DNA of 58,914 bases from Chara braunii (Eukaryota; Plantae; Charophyceae): NCBI GenBank assembly GCA_003427395.1, contig BFEA01000011.1, positions 1,248,114-1,307,027 on the forward strand, given 5' to 3'. Under the pieces are notes generated by a model. It was not told the origin of the DNA and made no database searches. It worked only from the letters and a program-made list of their open reading frames with translations. The position numbers and the translations under genes were made by a program. Every line of letters begins with the position of its first letter. Position 1 is the stretch's first letter. Positions 35,698 to 47,660 of this stretch are shown one piece after another.

Positions 35698-37663
35698 AAC
35701 ACCATTTGGTAGTGGGGCCAAGATTGCATGTCGGCCCTCAAGAAATTGAAAAAGGCCTTGATAGAGTAACCTGTCCTCAAAATCACCGATCCGTTATTAC
35801 CATTCGTCGTCACTACAAACGCTAGTCGGTATGGCATTGGTGCCGTGTTACAGCAAGATGGCGGCAATGGTTACAGGCCAGTAGAGTTTATGTCAGTTAG
35901 GCTCCCCTCATAGAAAGTAGCAATATCGACATACGGGAGAGAACTCTACGCTCTCAGGCGGACCCTATATCACAAGAGGCACTACCTGCTTGGGAGACAC
36001 TTCAAAGTGTATTCAGATCACGAAACGCTCAGATGGCTAAAGACACAGGCCAAGATGACGCCCAAGTTGACTAGATGGGCTGCTGAGATAGACCAGTTTA
36101 GGTTTGAGTTAAAGTTCGTTAAAGGAAAGTATAACGTGGTAGTCGATGCTCTGAGTAAGAGAGTTGATTACTTCTGTGCAATAGTGCACTATCTAGACAT
36201 AGGGACAAATCTGCAGCAAAAGATCATAGATGCGTACACACAAGACCCAATTTATAGCGAATTATTGAAGAGTGTAAAGGAAGCTCCAGAAAGTGAGCCG
36301 CACTATTGAACCACAAACGGGTTACTATTTGAGAAGACCAATGTCACCGACAGACTATGCATCCCCAATAGTGAAGAAATTTGTAGTATAATCTTAGGGG
36401 AATGTCACGATACAAGTGGGCACTTCGGATGGCAAAAGACTAGCTAATCTGATGATGTCATACACGTGGCCAGACATGAAAGCAGATTGCATTGAGTATG
36501 TCCGTAGTTGCAAAGTATGCCAGCCCAATAAGATAACAACTAGAGCGCCTCTCGGTCTTCTCTGACCTTTGCTTATCCCATAACGACCAAGAGAGTCAGT
36601 TTTCATCGATTTTATGGATACTGGGGTCAGGAGTATGCACGATAAAAGTCAAGTCATGGTCATAGTAGATCGATTTAGTTAAGTATGCAGTTTTTGTTCC
36701 GCTACCGGCAGAAGCACGAACAAGTTTAGTAATAGGAAAGTTCTATGGGTAAGTGAGCATGGCATGCCGCTGTCCATAGTTAGTGATAGGGACACACGGT
36801 TTACCAGCCAGAATTGGCAGGATCTTATGAAAGTCTATGGATCTAAGTTGTTCATGTCATCAGGCCCACACCCAGAGACAAACGGCCAGACAAAGCAGAT
36901 TAATAAGATCTTGCAGCAGTTACTCAGAATATATATTAGACCGGATCAAGTGAACTGGGATAAGATGCTCCCCAAGGTAGCCAGCGAGTATAACAATATT
37001 GTTCACCTAGCTACCTGCACAACTCCTAACAAGTTGCAGAGGTCCTTTAGACCAAAGAGACCTTTTGAAGGGCTGAACCGCGACCAAATTCAGAGACTAC
37101 CACCCGGAACTAGAGAGTTTGCACTGCAACACGAAAAGGAAATTGCCAAAGTGATTGACAATCTTAGGAAGGCCCAACACCGCCGACCGTCATGGTTTCA
37201 GGTAGGCGACTTAGTCTAGGTAAAGTCAAAAGAGTCCGCGCCGGAGGAGAACATGTTGCAGAAGCTCTTACCTGCGTACAAAGAACCATGACACGTCCTA
37301 GAAGTCAAAGGAGGAGAGGACGGACCATCATATACAATAGAGATCCCACTGCACCTCCACACGTACCCAGTCTTCCATGCATCCAAGTTGTTGTCATGCA
37401 CTGTGTGCAACAAATTCCTTTCGCGGAGATCGATGATTCTGCCAAATATGGACGGTGCATACGAAATAGACCGCATAGGGCAAAAGGACATGTCTAGAAC
37501 TGGAGGTCGAGGTCGTCCCCCGAAACAATATAAAGGTAGGCTTGCATACCAGGAACCAGAGAGCGATAGGTGGTTTACTATAACAGAGTTGTTAAAAACC
37601 GCTCCCGAAATAGTACAAGCATACGAGAGGGCAAGAAAGGGTAAAGGTCCTGTCATGAGTTAG
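35698..37663 (+). pseudogene. pol: Ty3/Gypsy (chromovirus-like) pol 3' half: RNase H, integrase, chromodomain
   Basis: FVVTTNASRYGIGAVLQQ; YSDHETLRWL..KLTRWAAEI..GKYNVVVDALSKR; SIVSDRDTRFTS..MSSGPHPETNGQT; YEIDRI..RWFT..APEIVQAYE. Confidence 0.92.
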
Positions 37664-37701
37664 AGTGTTCTCATAGGACCTCGAAACTAGTACAGCAGGA
37701 G

Positions 37702-38747
37702 TGAAACGGTTTCACCCAGTTGATTCGACAATCGCAGACCCTAAGACTCAATCCATGAACATATATGCCTAAACCCTGTACATTGACCCTGTGTGGTGAG
37801 TGAGATTCGAACGCATGACCTGCACCTAAGCCCTTTGGTTAGTTGGTAGGTCTGTCCATTAGTTGTTAGGCATTGATCCACAAATCTCCGTTTTAGCAGG
37901 TTAGAATGTTACGACTAGGTCTAGCTAGGGCCTATCTAGAAGTCTCTATCTAAGTTTACAGGGGCCCAAGGGTCATTCCGTAGGTTTGTAGGTTCGTAGG
38001 TCCTTGTAGGTCTATTTAGGCAGCAAGTACCAGGGTAGGGGCTGCACATGGTTGGAAGGGAAGGTTCTGGATCACACGGTTTGGGGGCCCAGCAGCCACG
38101 TGGTTTGCGCCAGAAAGGCCCACGCAGTTTCGAAACTTCCAGACCCGGGCCTACGAGGTGAGAGGCCCATGCCCACACATTTTGGGGCAGGGCCAGGTTA
38201 CCTGCGGGTACTATAAATAAAGAGGCAGCGGCCAGTCATTCATTCATTCGTCTGTGAGGCATATGGAAGCGCTGCCTTGGTGGCTTGTACATGGAAGTCT
38301 GCAGGTGCCCGGAGCTGAAGTGGGCAGTGAGGAAGACGACGACCATAGCTGACCAGGAGGAAGACAATGACGACCATAGCTGACCAGGAGGAAGACGATG
38401 ACGACCATAGCTAGAAGGAGGAAGACGACGGCGGCCATAACCGTCAAACTGTTGACGATTACAACGTGTACAATGAGTGTGTGTGTGTACAGTGGGTAGA
38501 TATCCAGGGTGGATCCTCATTTGTGCGTACATGAGAGATAGAGAGACTGGTGGTGGAGACAGGGTTCGACGGCCATAGCCGCAAGTTGTAAAGTTGACTT
38601 GAACAAAGTTTAAATGCAAGTTCGTTGTTGATTCTGAATTGAAAGAGTTTGGGTTTACCATCAGTTCGAGTGTATGTATGTTAAAGGCAAGTTTGGAATG
38701 CAGTCTGATTTCACTTATCGAGTTTCCTCCTGACTGGGTTCATTACA
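37702..38747 (+). mobile_element. LTR (TG...CA)
   Basis: Starts TGAAAC ~40 bp after the pol stop; contains TATAAATA at 38212-38219; ends GGGTTCATTACA immediately before a PBS. Confidence 0.7.
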
Positions 38748-38750
38748 ATT

Positions 38751-38762
38751 TGATATCAAAGC
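38751..38762 (+). other. Primer-binding site for initiator tRNA-Met (degenerate)
   Basis: TGATATCAAAGC vs canonical TGGTATCAGAGC, 3 nt after the LTR terminal CA. Confidence 0.75.
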
Positions 38763-39248
38763 ACACCTTCTTCATTGCAATCTGCAGTTGCACACCGTGA
38801 CGCGCTGAGGTAAGTTCGGGATGGTGTGTCGCATGGACTGAATCACGTCTATAGACGCGCATGATTATTATCGCTATCTAGACATTGATTGATGCACGCG
38901 CGCACCTAACCACTGAAGATGATGATGACATGGACGTGAAAATGACAACGACATTGCTGACGTGGCACATTGTTGCTGAGGTGGCGATAGAAGACAGTGA
39001 AGAGCATTATTGGTTGTGGCGCTAACTTGGCTTGTACGTGGAGGTCTACAGGTGCCCAGAGCAGGGCCAGGTCACCTGCGGAGTTGTACAGTTGACTTGA
39101 ACAAAGTTTAAGTGCAAGTTCGTTGTTGATTCTGAGTTGAAAGAGTTTGGGTTTACCATCAGTTCGCGTGTATGCATGTTGAAGGCAAGTTTGGAGTGCA
39201 GTCTGATTTCACTTATCGAGTTTCCTCCTGACTGTGGTCATTACAATT

Positions 39249-39260
39249 TGATATCAGAGC
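39249..39260 (+). other. Second PBS (tRNA-iMet) within a duplicated U5-PBS-leader block (39082-39506, copy of 38584-39026)
   Basis: TGATATCAGAGC after ...GGTCATTACAATT. Confidence 0.8.
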
Positions 39261-39524
39261 ATACCTTCTTCGTCGCAATCTGTCGTTGCGCACCGTGACA
39301 TGCCAAGGTAAGTTCGGGATGGTGTGCCGCATAGACTGAATCACGTCCATAGACGCGCACGATTATTATCGCGATCTAGACATTGATTGATATGCGCGTG
39401 CACCTAGCCACTGAAGATGATGACGTGGATGTGACAATGACGTGGCACATTGTTGATGAGGTGGCGATCGAAGATAATGAAGAGCATTGTTGGTTGTGGC
39501 GCTGACGTGACGCTAGACGATCGT

Positions 39525-39527
<3 letters not shown>

Positions 39528-39588
<61 letters not shown>

Positions 39589-39648
39589 AAAGAGAGAGAN
39601 NNNNNNNNNNNNNNNNNNNNNNNNNNNNNNNNNNNNNNNNNNNNNNNN

Positions 39649-39722
<74 letters not shown>
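39528..39722. repeat. (GA)n microsatellite spanning an N-gap
   Basis: Directly visible. Confidence 0.95.
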
Positions 39723-39725
<3 letters not shown>

Positions 39726-40599
39726 AGAGTAGACTGCTGATGTGGCATTGGGAGCGCTTCCTACGTGGCAAGGCGTGTGGGTGTTGACGTGGCATGCAAG
39801 AGTTAGTGGGGTATTGTCTGACGTGGCACTTGCTTGTGTCGCGACTCACCTGCTGTTGTGGCGCTTCCATGCTCCAGCGGTATCTTCGATCTGACGTGGC
39901 ATACTAGTGACGAAGGGTTGGCAGATAGTGTGTTGCTGACATGGCATACCTATTGACAACCTTACTGGCCATTGAAGCTGACGTGGCATAATCCGTGGAG
40001 ACGCGGCGTTAGTCTTACAAGGGGTGACACGCGGCAGGAGACCCCCGCTTCAACTTTCTGAAGATTGGTGAGGGATTTATACGTGCACTTGTGTGTGCTG
40101 GCGGGTGGTACAACATCACGATAAGGTTGTCGTGCCACGCGTCGACCCTTGTGCCTGGATGCATAGGCATTTGTAGAAGGACAGTCGAAGAGGATGAGCT
40201 GCTAACATCTTGATTGATTGTTGTTTTGTTGGCGGACTCTACTCACCGTGGATTGTTTTATGGATGTGTGCTACTCACCAACTATGTTGTTTGTCTTGAC
40301 CATACCAATCGTGGATGGGGTACCTGTACACTCTCAGATAGAACGTCATCACACAGATAACAACAAAATTAGAAAATAGATAAAATAAAATAACTTTAAC
40401 CTTTATTCATTTTATTTTTCTTTGTCGTGGGAATTGAAGTAAGTTCGTGGAATTCGTTGTTGTCTTGGTAAAGTTTATGGTGCGGCAAACGCATTTGTTA
40501 GCATAACTTTTGTATGAAACTTTCTGCGTGCATCCATCTTGACCCGCTTCATTCCCTTTCTTTTCTATCTCATCTCTATCACACTTTTTGCTGATCATT

Positions 40600-42384
40600 A
40601 GGAGGTGGTAATGAGAACCCGAGGTCAAATCGAAGAACGATGGCAGCAAATGTTGAACCGTCTTCGCACATTGCTCTAAGAAGTACAAGATGTTGGCCCT
40701 TAGGTTGGACAACATGTAAGCAGCATGTTCGATTTGTGTGTGGCAGAAGACGAAATGAAATAGATTGAAATTGTTGTCCCGATGATGGAAACCAGCAGAA
40801 GAGTGTAGCAACTAATTGATCAAAGTGCGGATGGCTCTTGATCACTTTGTTGCGGAGCAATTTGTGAAGATAACAAGAGGAAAAGAGGCTAAGGAAGAAA
40901 AGAAGGTTGAAGTATCTAAAAGAAAAAAAGAACTGAAAGAAGAGATCATGGATGATACCATGAGACAACTCCAGACTGCATTGGATGCAGAATTGAAAAA
41001 GAAAAAAAACTATCAGAAAGCGAAAAGAAAAAAAGAAGAACGGATTGAGAAAGTGGAAGAAATTAAGCAAAAGTTTAATGTAGAGGATTCAGAGGTTCAC
41101 TTGGCAACCGTCTTGCAAAACATGATGACTTATTTTGCCCACTCAAAGATAAAGATTGACAATGTCACCGTCGAACTCAAGACGATGATAAGACTGGTCA
41201 AAGGAAAGAACAAAATGCTACATTAGGAGGAGACTGAGGGAAACGAATAGAGTAAAACTCATGAGAAGTTAATGCAAGATGCTATGAAAGGTGCTAAGAA
41301 GACGCTGGAAAAACCTTAGACATCTGGAAAATAACTTAAATAGCCGACAAAGAAAGAAAAACCTACCAAGAAGGAAGTAACTAAGAAAGAAGAAGAGGAA
41401 CGTCTCAAAAGAAAAGAGAAATTCAAAGTGAAACTTTCTTTCACGTACAGTGGGAAGCGACGAGAACACTTATTGCTTTGGATTGCTGAAATTTAAATTT
41501 ACTGTGGGACTGCACCGGTAGAATCGGAAAGTCAAGTCGCCTTTTCCACTTCATGTTTAAGAGACGTTGTGAAGGAATGAGTTTTGTTTGAAGCCAATGC
41601 CATTGGCCTAGAAGACAATGGGGAGTGGGCTAACACTATGACCTTGCGATAATTTCTCCAGAAAATCAAGGAGAGATTCCTCAACAAAACGACTGCAGAT
41701 AAGACATTTGACAAGCTCACCACAAATAGTCAGAAGTGGTGGACAATTGTGGATACCTTATCTCGCAAAGTGGATCGTTTGTTGCAGGTAACAGGTTTGA
41801 ACCTGTCGGACAACCAGGTCCTATAGATTTACTCTCGCGCATTGCCTGAACCCATTCGTGGACAACTTATGGCTGAGGCGAAATCCGGTAACTTTGGCGG
41901 TAAGTGTAACTATAGGCACTTCCAAGACCTCGCGCTCTAAAGGGAGCAAATGACGGCACACGTGAAGGGAACCTACGCATCCGTTGTACAAAGAAGACCG
42001 TCTGATAGGTATCGGAATGGTAAGCGAGTCATGTGGCGGCAGAAGCGACATGACCACACCCTTGTCGTCTTCGATAACGGTACAATCGAGAAGCTAGGCA
42101 GAAGGCGGAGTAAACTGTGGCAGTGACTTGGAAAGGGTGAGGTCACTGCCATGGTAGCCAACAAGGGTGGCACCAACTCAGGTGGATAGGGAAAGAAGAA
42201 GAGACCACACTCCTTCCCGGAGCATCTCGGCATTGCAGTCGGAAAGTCCTAGAAGAAAATTAATTTAACAAGGGAAGAATGTGAGGAACAAATGAACAAT
42301 CGACAGTGTCTCAAATGTGGCACTTCGGGGAACATTATTGCATGGTGCCCTCTCATCCATAACCCAAAAGGGAGCGGCCAGTAG
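40600..42384 (+). pseudogene. gag: Ty3/Gypsy gag (decayed)
   Basis: Coiled-coil K/E-rich ORF 40816-41226, capsid-like segment, knuckle QCLKCGTSGNIIAWC (42304-42348; H replaced by N), stop TAG at 42382-42384; the start is approximate. Confidence 0.75.
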
Positions 42385-42405
42385 GAGTAACGTCTACTCC
42401 TACTG
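42363..42405 (+). other. Putative -1 programmed ribosomal frameshift signal (gag/pol)
   Basis: Slippery C CCA AAA in gag codon phase, a 9-nt spacer, then a perfect 11-bp stem CAGTAGGAGTA/TACTCCTACTG with a 5-nt loop that encloses the gag stop. Confidence 0.65.
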
Positions 42406-42619
42406 AGTTGGAGGGTTAAACCGAAGGTAAGGCGCCTATAACCCTTTTCAACCCACCAACTCGCATGACATAGAATGATTTTTCTTCGTCTAATCGCTCA
42501 GAACAGCCTGAGATTGTTTTCTGATCTGTCTCTCTGAGCAATATCATTGACGAACTTGAACATTAACTGATTGCTTTAAGAAGTTTGTGGGCTAAGAAAG
42601 CAAAGTCTAAGGGTTAATT

Positions 42620-45600
42620 GATGATTGTTGATATTGAGATTGCACAGACACAAGTATGTTAGATCATGGGTCAACGAGGTCCTACATTTCAGAAAAGGCA
42701 GTTAAGAAATTACATCTCGGAACGCGTGTGCAGGACCTACCACGACCTATGATGTATATGCTTGCGGATAAAAACACGATCATTGTCTCTCAATATGTTC
42801 GTCATGTTAAGTGTTATTTTCAAACGAAGGAAAGAAGACAAATATTTCATGAAGTAACCTTCCTCATAGAGAAGAACTTGTTTTTTTACTTGATTCTGGG
42901 AATGGATTGGCACGAGGAGGCTGACCCAAAAATCAAATTCAAAGAAAAGATTGTCAACCTAAAGAATGAAAATTCTAACATGAAAACAATTAAATTGTTT
43001 CAAAGGTCTGGTTAAGACTCATCGTCGTCTTTCTGTTGTATGAGTTTTCGTGCTTTTCAAAGTATGGTCACGAAAAAGAAGTTGGCACATGACGTAATGA
43101 TGATATTTGTAAAGCGAGTCGGTGAGTGTTCTTCGTCCTATCTTCCTTCTATAGAAAAACTTTTAACTGAATTTAAGAACCTACAGACATTAACCAACGC
43201 AGATATCTAGACGTCCTATCAAGCACACTATCGAGATCATTCATGGAAGTAAGATTCACAAGGGACCCATCTATCGAATGTTTCCTAGGGAACTAGAAGA
43301 ACTAAATAAATAATTGTGGTGCTCCTGTCTTATTCATGCCCAATGATTGATTATCGCGGGTCAAATTCCATCACTGTGAAAAAAACGCGGAACCTCTTCT
43401 TCGGATTGATGACTTGTTGGATCAGTTGCATAGATGAAAGTATTTTAGTTAGAAAGATCTGAAGTCAGAATACCTCAAGATCGAGGTGGCACCTGAAGAT
43501 CAACACAAGACAGCCTTCCGAACGAGGTACGACCACTGTGAGCTCGTTGTTATGCCTTTTGGATTCACTAATGCCCCTCTTATTTTTCAAAGGTCTATGA
43601 ATGTTTTTTTTTGTCAATGGTTGGATCAGATCATAGTTGTGTATCTCGACGATATCCTCGTGTATAGTAAAACACTTAAGGATCATGAGAAAAACCTATA
43701 AATGGTTCTACAGAAGTTGCGAGAATGCAACTACAAACTGACGCTTAAGAAATATGAGTTTGCTAAATATGAGGTATACCTTAAACACATAGTAAATGAA
43801 GAAGGATTAAACCCTGAAGAGAAGAAAATAACAACAATTTGGGATTGGCCCAGACCCAAGACTGACACTGAACTTATATTTTTTATAAGATTAGCTCGTC
43901 ATTATAGGAATCTTGGTTATGTGACAAAGCTTATGAGTCTGCATTTAAAAAGTTAAAACATGTGTTAACTCACAATCCTGTCTTAAAAATTGTGGACCTT
44001 TCTCTCCCTTTCATTATCACTACTGACGCTAGTCAGTATGGACTTGGGGCGGTGCTACAACAACATGACGACAAGGTATATAGACCCATTGAGTTTTTTG
44101 TCAAAGCGTCTTCCGTTAGATAAAGTGGTTAACTCCACTTACAAAAAGGAATTGTATGTTATAGTTGTAGCTATGAACACATGGAAACACTACTTGCTCA
44201 CGACACACTTCACTGTGTACTTAGACCACTCTACCTTGAAGTGGAAAAAGACTCAACCTTGACTCTCGGACAAGTTAGTCAGATGGTCTACATTCATTGA
44301 CGCATTCGACTTTGAATCGAAAACTATTAAAGGAAAATATAATATTTTTGCATATGCTTTATCCAAACGATCTGATTTCTTTGGACCTATTGTCTCTTAT
44401 CTCGATATTGGGAATAACTTGAAAGATCAAATTCGTAAGGGTTACGTTGATGATCCAATTTGGAGTCCTATCATTGGAACCTTACAAAGAAACCCTGAAC
44501 TATTCCGTGAATATCGAAAGATCTGATTACTTACTTTTCTTCATTGATAAATCCGAAGAAAGACTTTGCATTTCACACAAAGAACAAATCAAGAGTATGA
44601 TTATTGGAGAATGCCCCGTAACAGAAGAACACTTCGGATTTATAAAGACATATGTTGATATTAGAGAACTTTTTGAATTGAAAAGAATACATGAGGACGT
44701 GCTAACCTATTTGCGAACTTATCTTGTTTGCCGAAGGAACAAACCCTCGCATGAGAATATATTGGCACTATTGAGACCACTACCTATCGCGCCAGATTGA
44801 TTTTTATGAATCTCACAAAGAGTCGGAATGACAACAGTCAATTATGTAAATATGTTATTTTCATTTCTTTGCCTGTCGAAGCAAGAACAAAACTCGTTAT
44901 CCAGAAATTTCAAATCCAATGGATTTCATATTATGAATTTCAAAAAGTCATATTCTCTGATCGGGATTTACGTTTCACTGGCCCACAATGGCAAAAGTTG
45001 ATGGAGATGTATGACACCCGATTGACCATGTCGTCAGGAAGACACCCTGAAACGAATGGACGAACTGAACAGATGAAAAGTATGTGCCAACAACTTTTGT
45101 GAATGTACGTGCAACGAGATTAGATAGATTGGGATCAGAACTTGCCTAAGATTGCTAGTGCGTACAACAACAGAGTCCATACTGTCACCAACAGAATCCC
45201 GAACGCACTTCACAAAGGATGGAAGTCACGTCGTCCCATGAATGCTCTGACACGGGACCGAGTCCAACAACTACCCAAGGAACACGAGAATTTTCAGTTT
45301 TGTATGAAGGAGATATAAAAAAAGTCAAGGAAAACATTCAGAAAATCCAACTACAAATTATTCAACAGGCTAATAAACATCGTCGGCTATCAGAGTTCAA
45401 AGAAGGAGATCTTGTTTGAGTAAAGTCCAAAGAATTTTCCTTAGAAGAAAATGTATCATTGAAGCTACTAACTATCTACTACAAACCTTAGGAAGTTCTC
45501 AAGGTGATAAAATTTATTGATGGCCAATTATATAGAATAGATGTACCCCTGCACCTCAAGACATGTCCTGTCTTTCACGCGTCTAAGCTACGACCATATG

Positions 45601-45846
45601 TAGAAGGTCATGATTTTCCCAACATGCCATCTATGTTTCCTCCTTCAATGGATAGTGACTATGAAGTTGAAAAAATACTTAAGCATTGATAATTTTCTAC
45701 AGGTGGCAAAGGTTGACCACAAAAGCAGTTCAAGGTAAAGTTTAAGTATCGACCCCCGTCTGAAGCTCGATGGTTTAGCAAGGAGGAGTTTTTACCTGCT
45801 GCTCCATATAGTCTATGCATATGAGCGTGGTTTAAAAGAGAATTAA
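42620..45846 (+). pseudogene. pol: Ty3/Gypsy (chromovirus-like) pol: PR-RT-RH-IN-chromodomain, many stops and frameshifts
   Basis: LDHGSTRSYIS..LILGMDW (protease); EDQHKTAFRT..MPFGFTNAP..YLDDILVYS (RT); TTDASQYGLGAVLQQ (RNase H); SDRDLRFT..MSSGRHPETNGRTEQ (integrase); PVFHASKLRPY..DYEVEKILKH (chromodomain). Confidence 0.95.
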
Positions 45847-45860
45847 GTTTAAAGAATTAT

Positions 45861-46938
45861 TGCGATGAAACTCGAAAATTGGGCCAGCAGGAACGCAATA
45901 AACCGCTTAAATATGCCTATGTCGTCAGCAAGAGGTGCCACTCGCAGGCCAGAAAATGGCCTCAAGGTTTTGTGCCCGATCGTCGAAACAGGGCCCCTGA
46001 AATGAGGCTTTAGAGACCCTGCACCCGACAATTGCTCGAAATCAACTCTAAATTGGAAAACTGATGCTCATGAGTCAAAGTCTTCACGAACCCAGTCCAG
46101 GCCACTGATCAGACACACACACTTGGTTGCATGTACGTATGCAGGCAACATTCGGTCCAAGTAGAAGTCTGCAATTGTACGAGATCCAGGTCGTCGGCTG
46201 CAAGTCAATCTAAGCCTTTGTATGGGAGAGACCAGAGGCTGGTCAACGTAAAGTCAACATTATTTATTGACCCAGCCCCTGGTGGTCAACATTCATTCTT
46301 GCCTTGCTGCTTGACGTTGGCACGACACTGACTTGATGTTGGTTGGACGCTGGCTCCACGTTGGCATTGTGCGACGACGACGCGAGACTGTTGCTTTGCG
46401 TGCTTGCGCCTCTCTCCTTCTGGCGCCAACTGTCTTCTTCGATGCTGACATGGCACTTGCCTCGCTGTCTTTGGCATTGTTGACATGGCGCATGCCACAC
46501 TGTCTACGACACAGATTGAGAATGCGACAAGGATATCAGGATCTCTGGGATTGATTGAGTGAGAGAGAGGGAAACTTACATGTTGCTGTTGTCGACATTG
46601 CGTGCTGCAGAGATGTCTTCACAGGAGATTTGTGCCTACGTGGCACTATGTCCTGATTAGATTTCGTCAGACTCGATTCTGGGACACTGTTTGTTGGCGT
46701 GGATGTGGAAACACGCACGATGAAGAAGTGGGGATTGAGGGAGTTCTATCTACGTGGACATTGATGGATACTTTGTCTTCCACCCTCTAAGTCTATTTTT
46801 CCTACTTCCTACTTCGCCTTATGGTTACGAGACATTGTATTACAGATCACATTTCACGATTATTGGAGACATTTATCAACACTGAGTTATCTTGTATTTC
46901 GACACTTGATGAGTTTCCTCTTGACTGGGTTTATTACA
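45861..46938 (+). mobile_element. 3' LTR (TG...CA)
   Basis: Follows the pol end; terminates GAGTTTCCTCTTGACTGGGTTTATTACA, matching the LTR end at 38720-38747; the start TGCGATGAA is less certain. Confidence 0.65.
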
Positions 46939-47257
46939 CTTGCCTCCAATAAAGGGTTTTGAACTGCGGATGCGCTGGTGTTACCAAATAGCTATACTTC
47001 CCCCATACATTTGCCAAATCGCTGAGTAGTTGGAAGTTATTTCAACGCAGGTCCCACGTTGAGTCTTTCACCGGTCGTTGAAAACACTGTAAAACGACAT
47101 TGAACCGCCGTAAAATGGCATCGAACGGCCCGTTTATCGCAATCACTGCAGCCCGAGAGTATTATTTCCTCAGACAAAAAATAACCAAAAAAGGACACTC
47201 AAAGTATGGCGTTGTAGATCTTTTCGAGATCTACAACCATATATTTGTTATCTTATT

Positions 47258-47382
47258 TTTTGAAGTTTCACTATATTTAATATATATATATATATATCGT
47301 CAAATAGAACTGCCCGGTAAACCGTAGGCAGAGAGGGAGAAGAGGACAACAAACGAGGGGCTGTGACAAACTGTTTCGTCGG

Positions 47383-47430
<48 letters not shown>

Positions 47431-47557
47431 TGAAGTTTCACTATATTTAATATATATATATATATATCGTCAAATAGAACTGCCCGGTAAACCGTAGGCA
47501 GAGAGGGAGAAGAGGACAACAAACGAGGGGCTGTGACAAACTGTTTCGTCGGAGTTT
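47258..47557. repeat. Apparently identical ~130-bp direct duplication around (AT)n
   Basis: TTTGAAGTTTCACTATATTTAA...GTTTCGTCGGAGTTT at ~47258-47387 and ~47428-47557, separated by (AT)n. Confidence 0.85.
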
Positions 47558-47614
47558 CACCGACTCATCAGGAGGCTGAACCCTCAACAGTCTGCAGAAT
47601 CCCCTCACTGATTA

Positions 47615-47660
<46 letters not shown>

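Noticed and set aside
47258-47557. Biological tandem duplication
   Set aside because: The copies look identical and are joined through (AT)n, typical of an assembly overlap error; read support is needed
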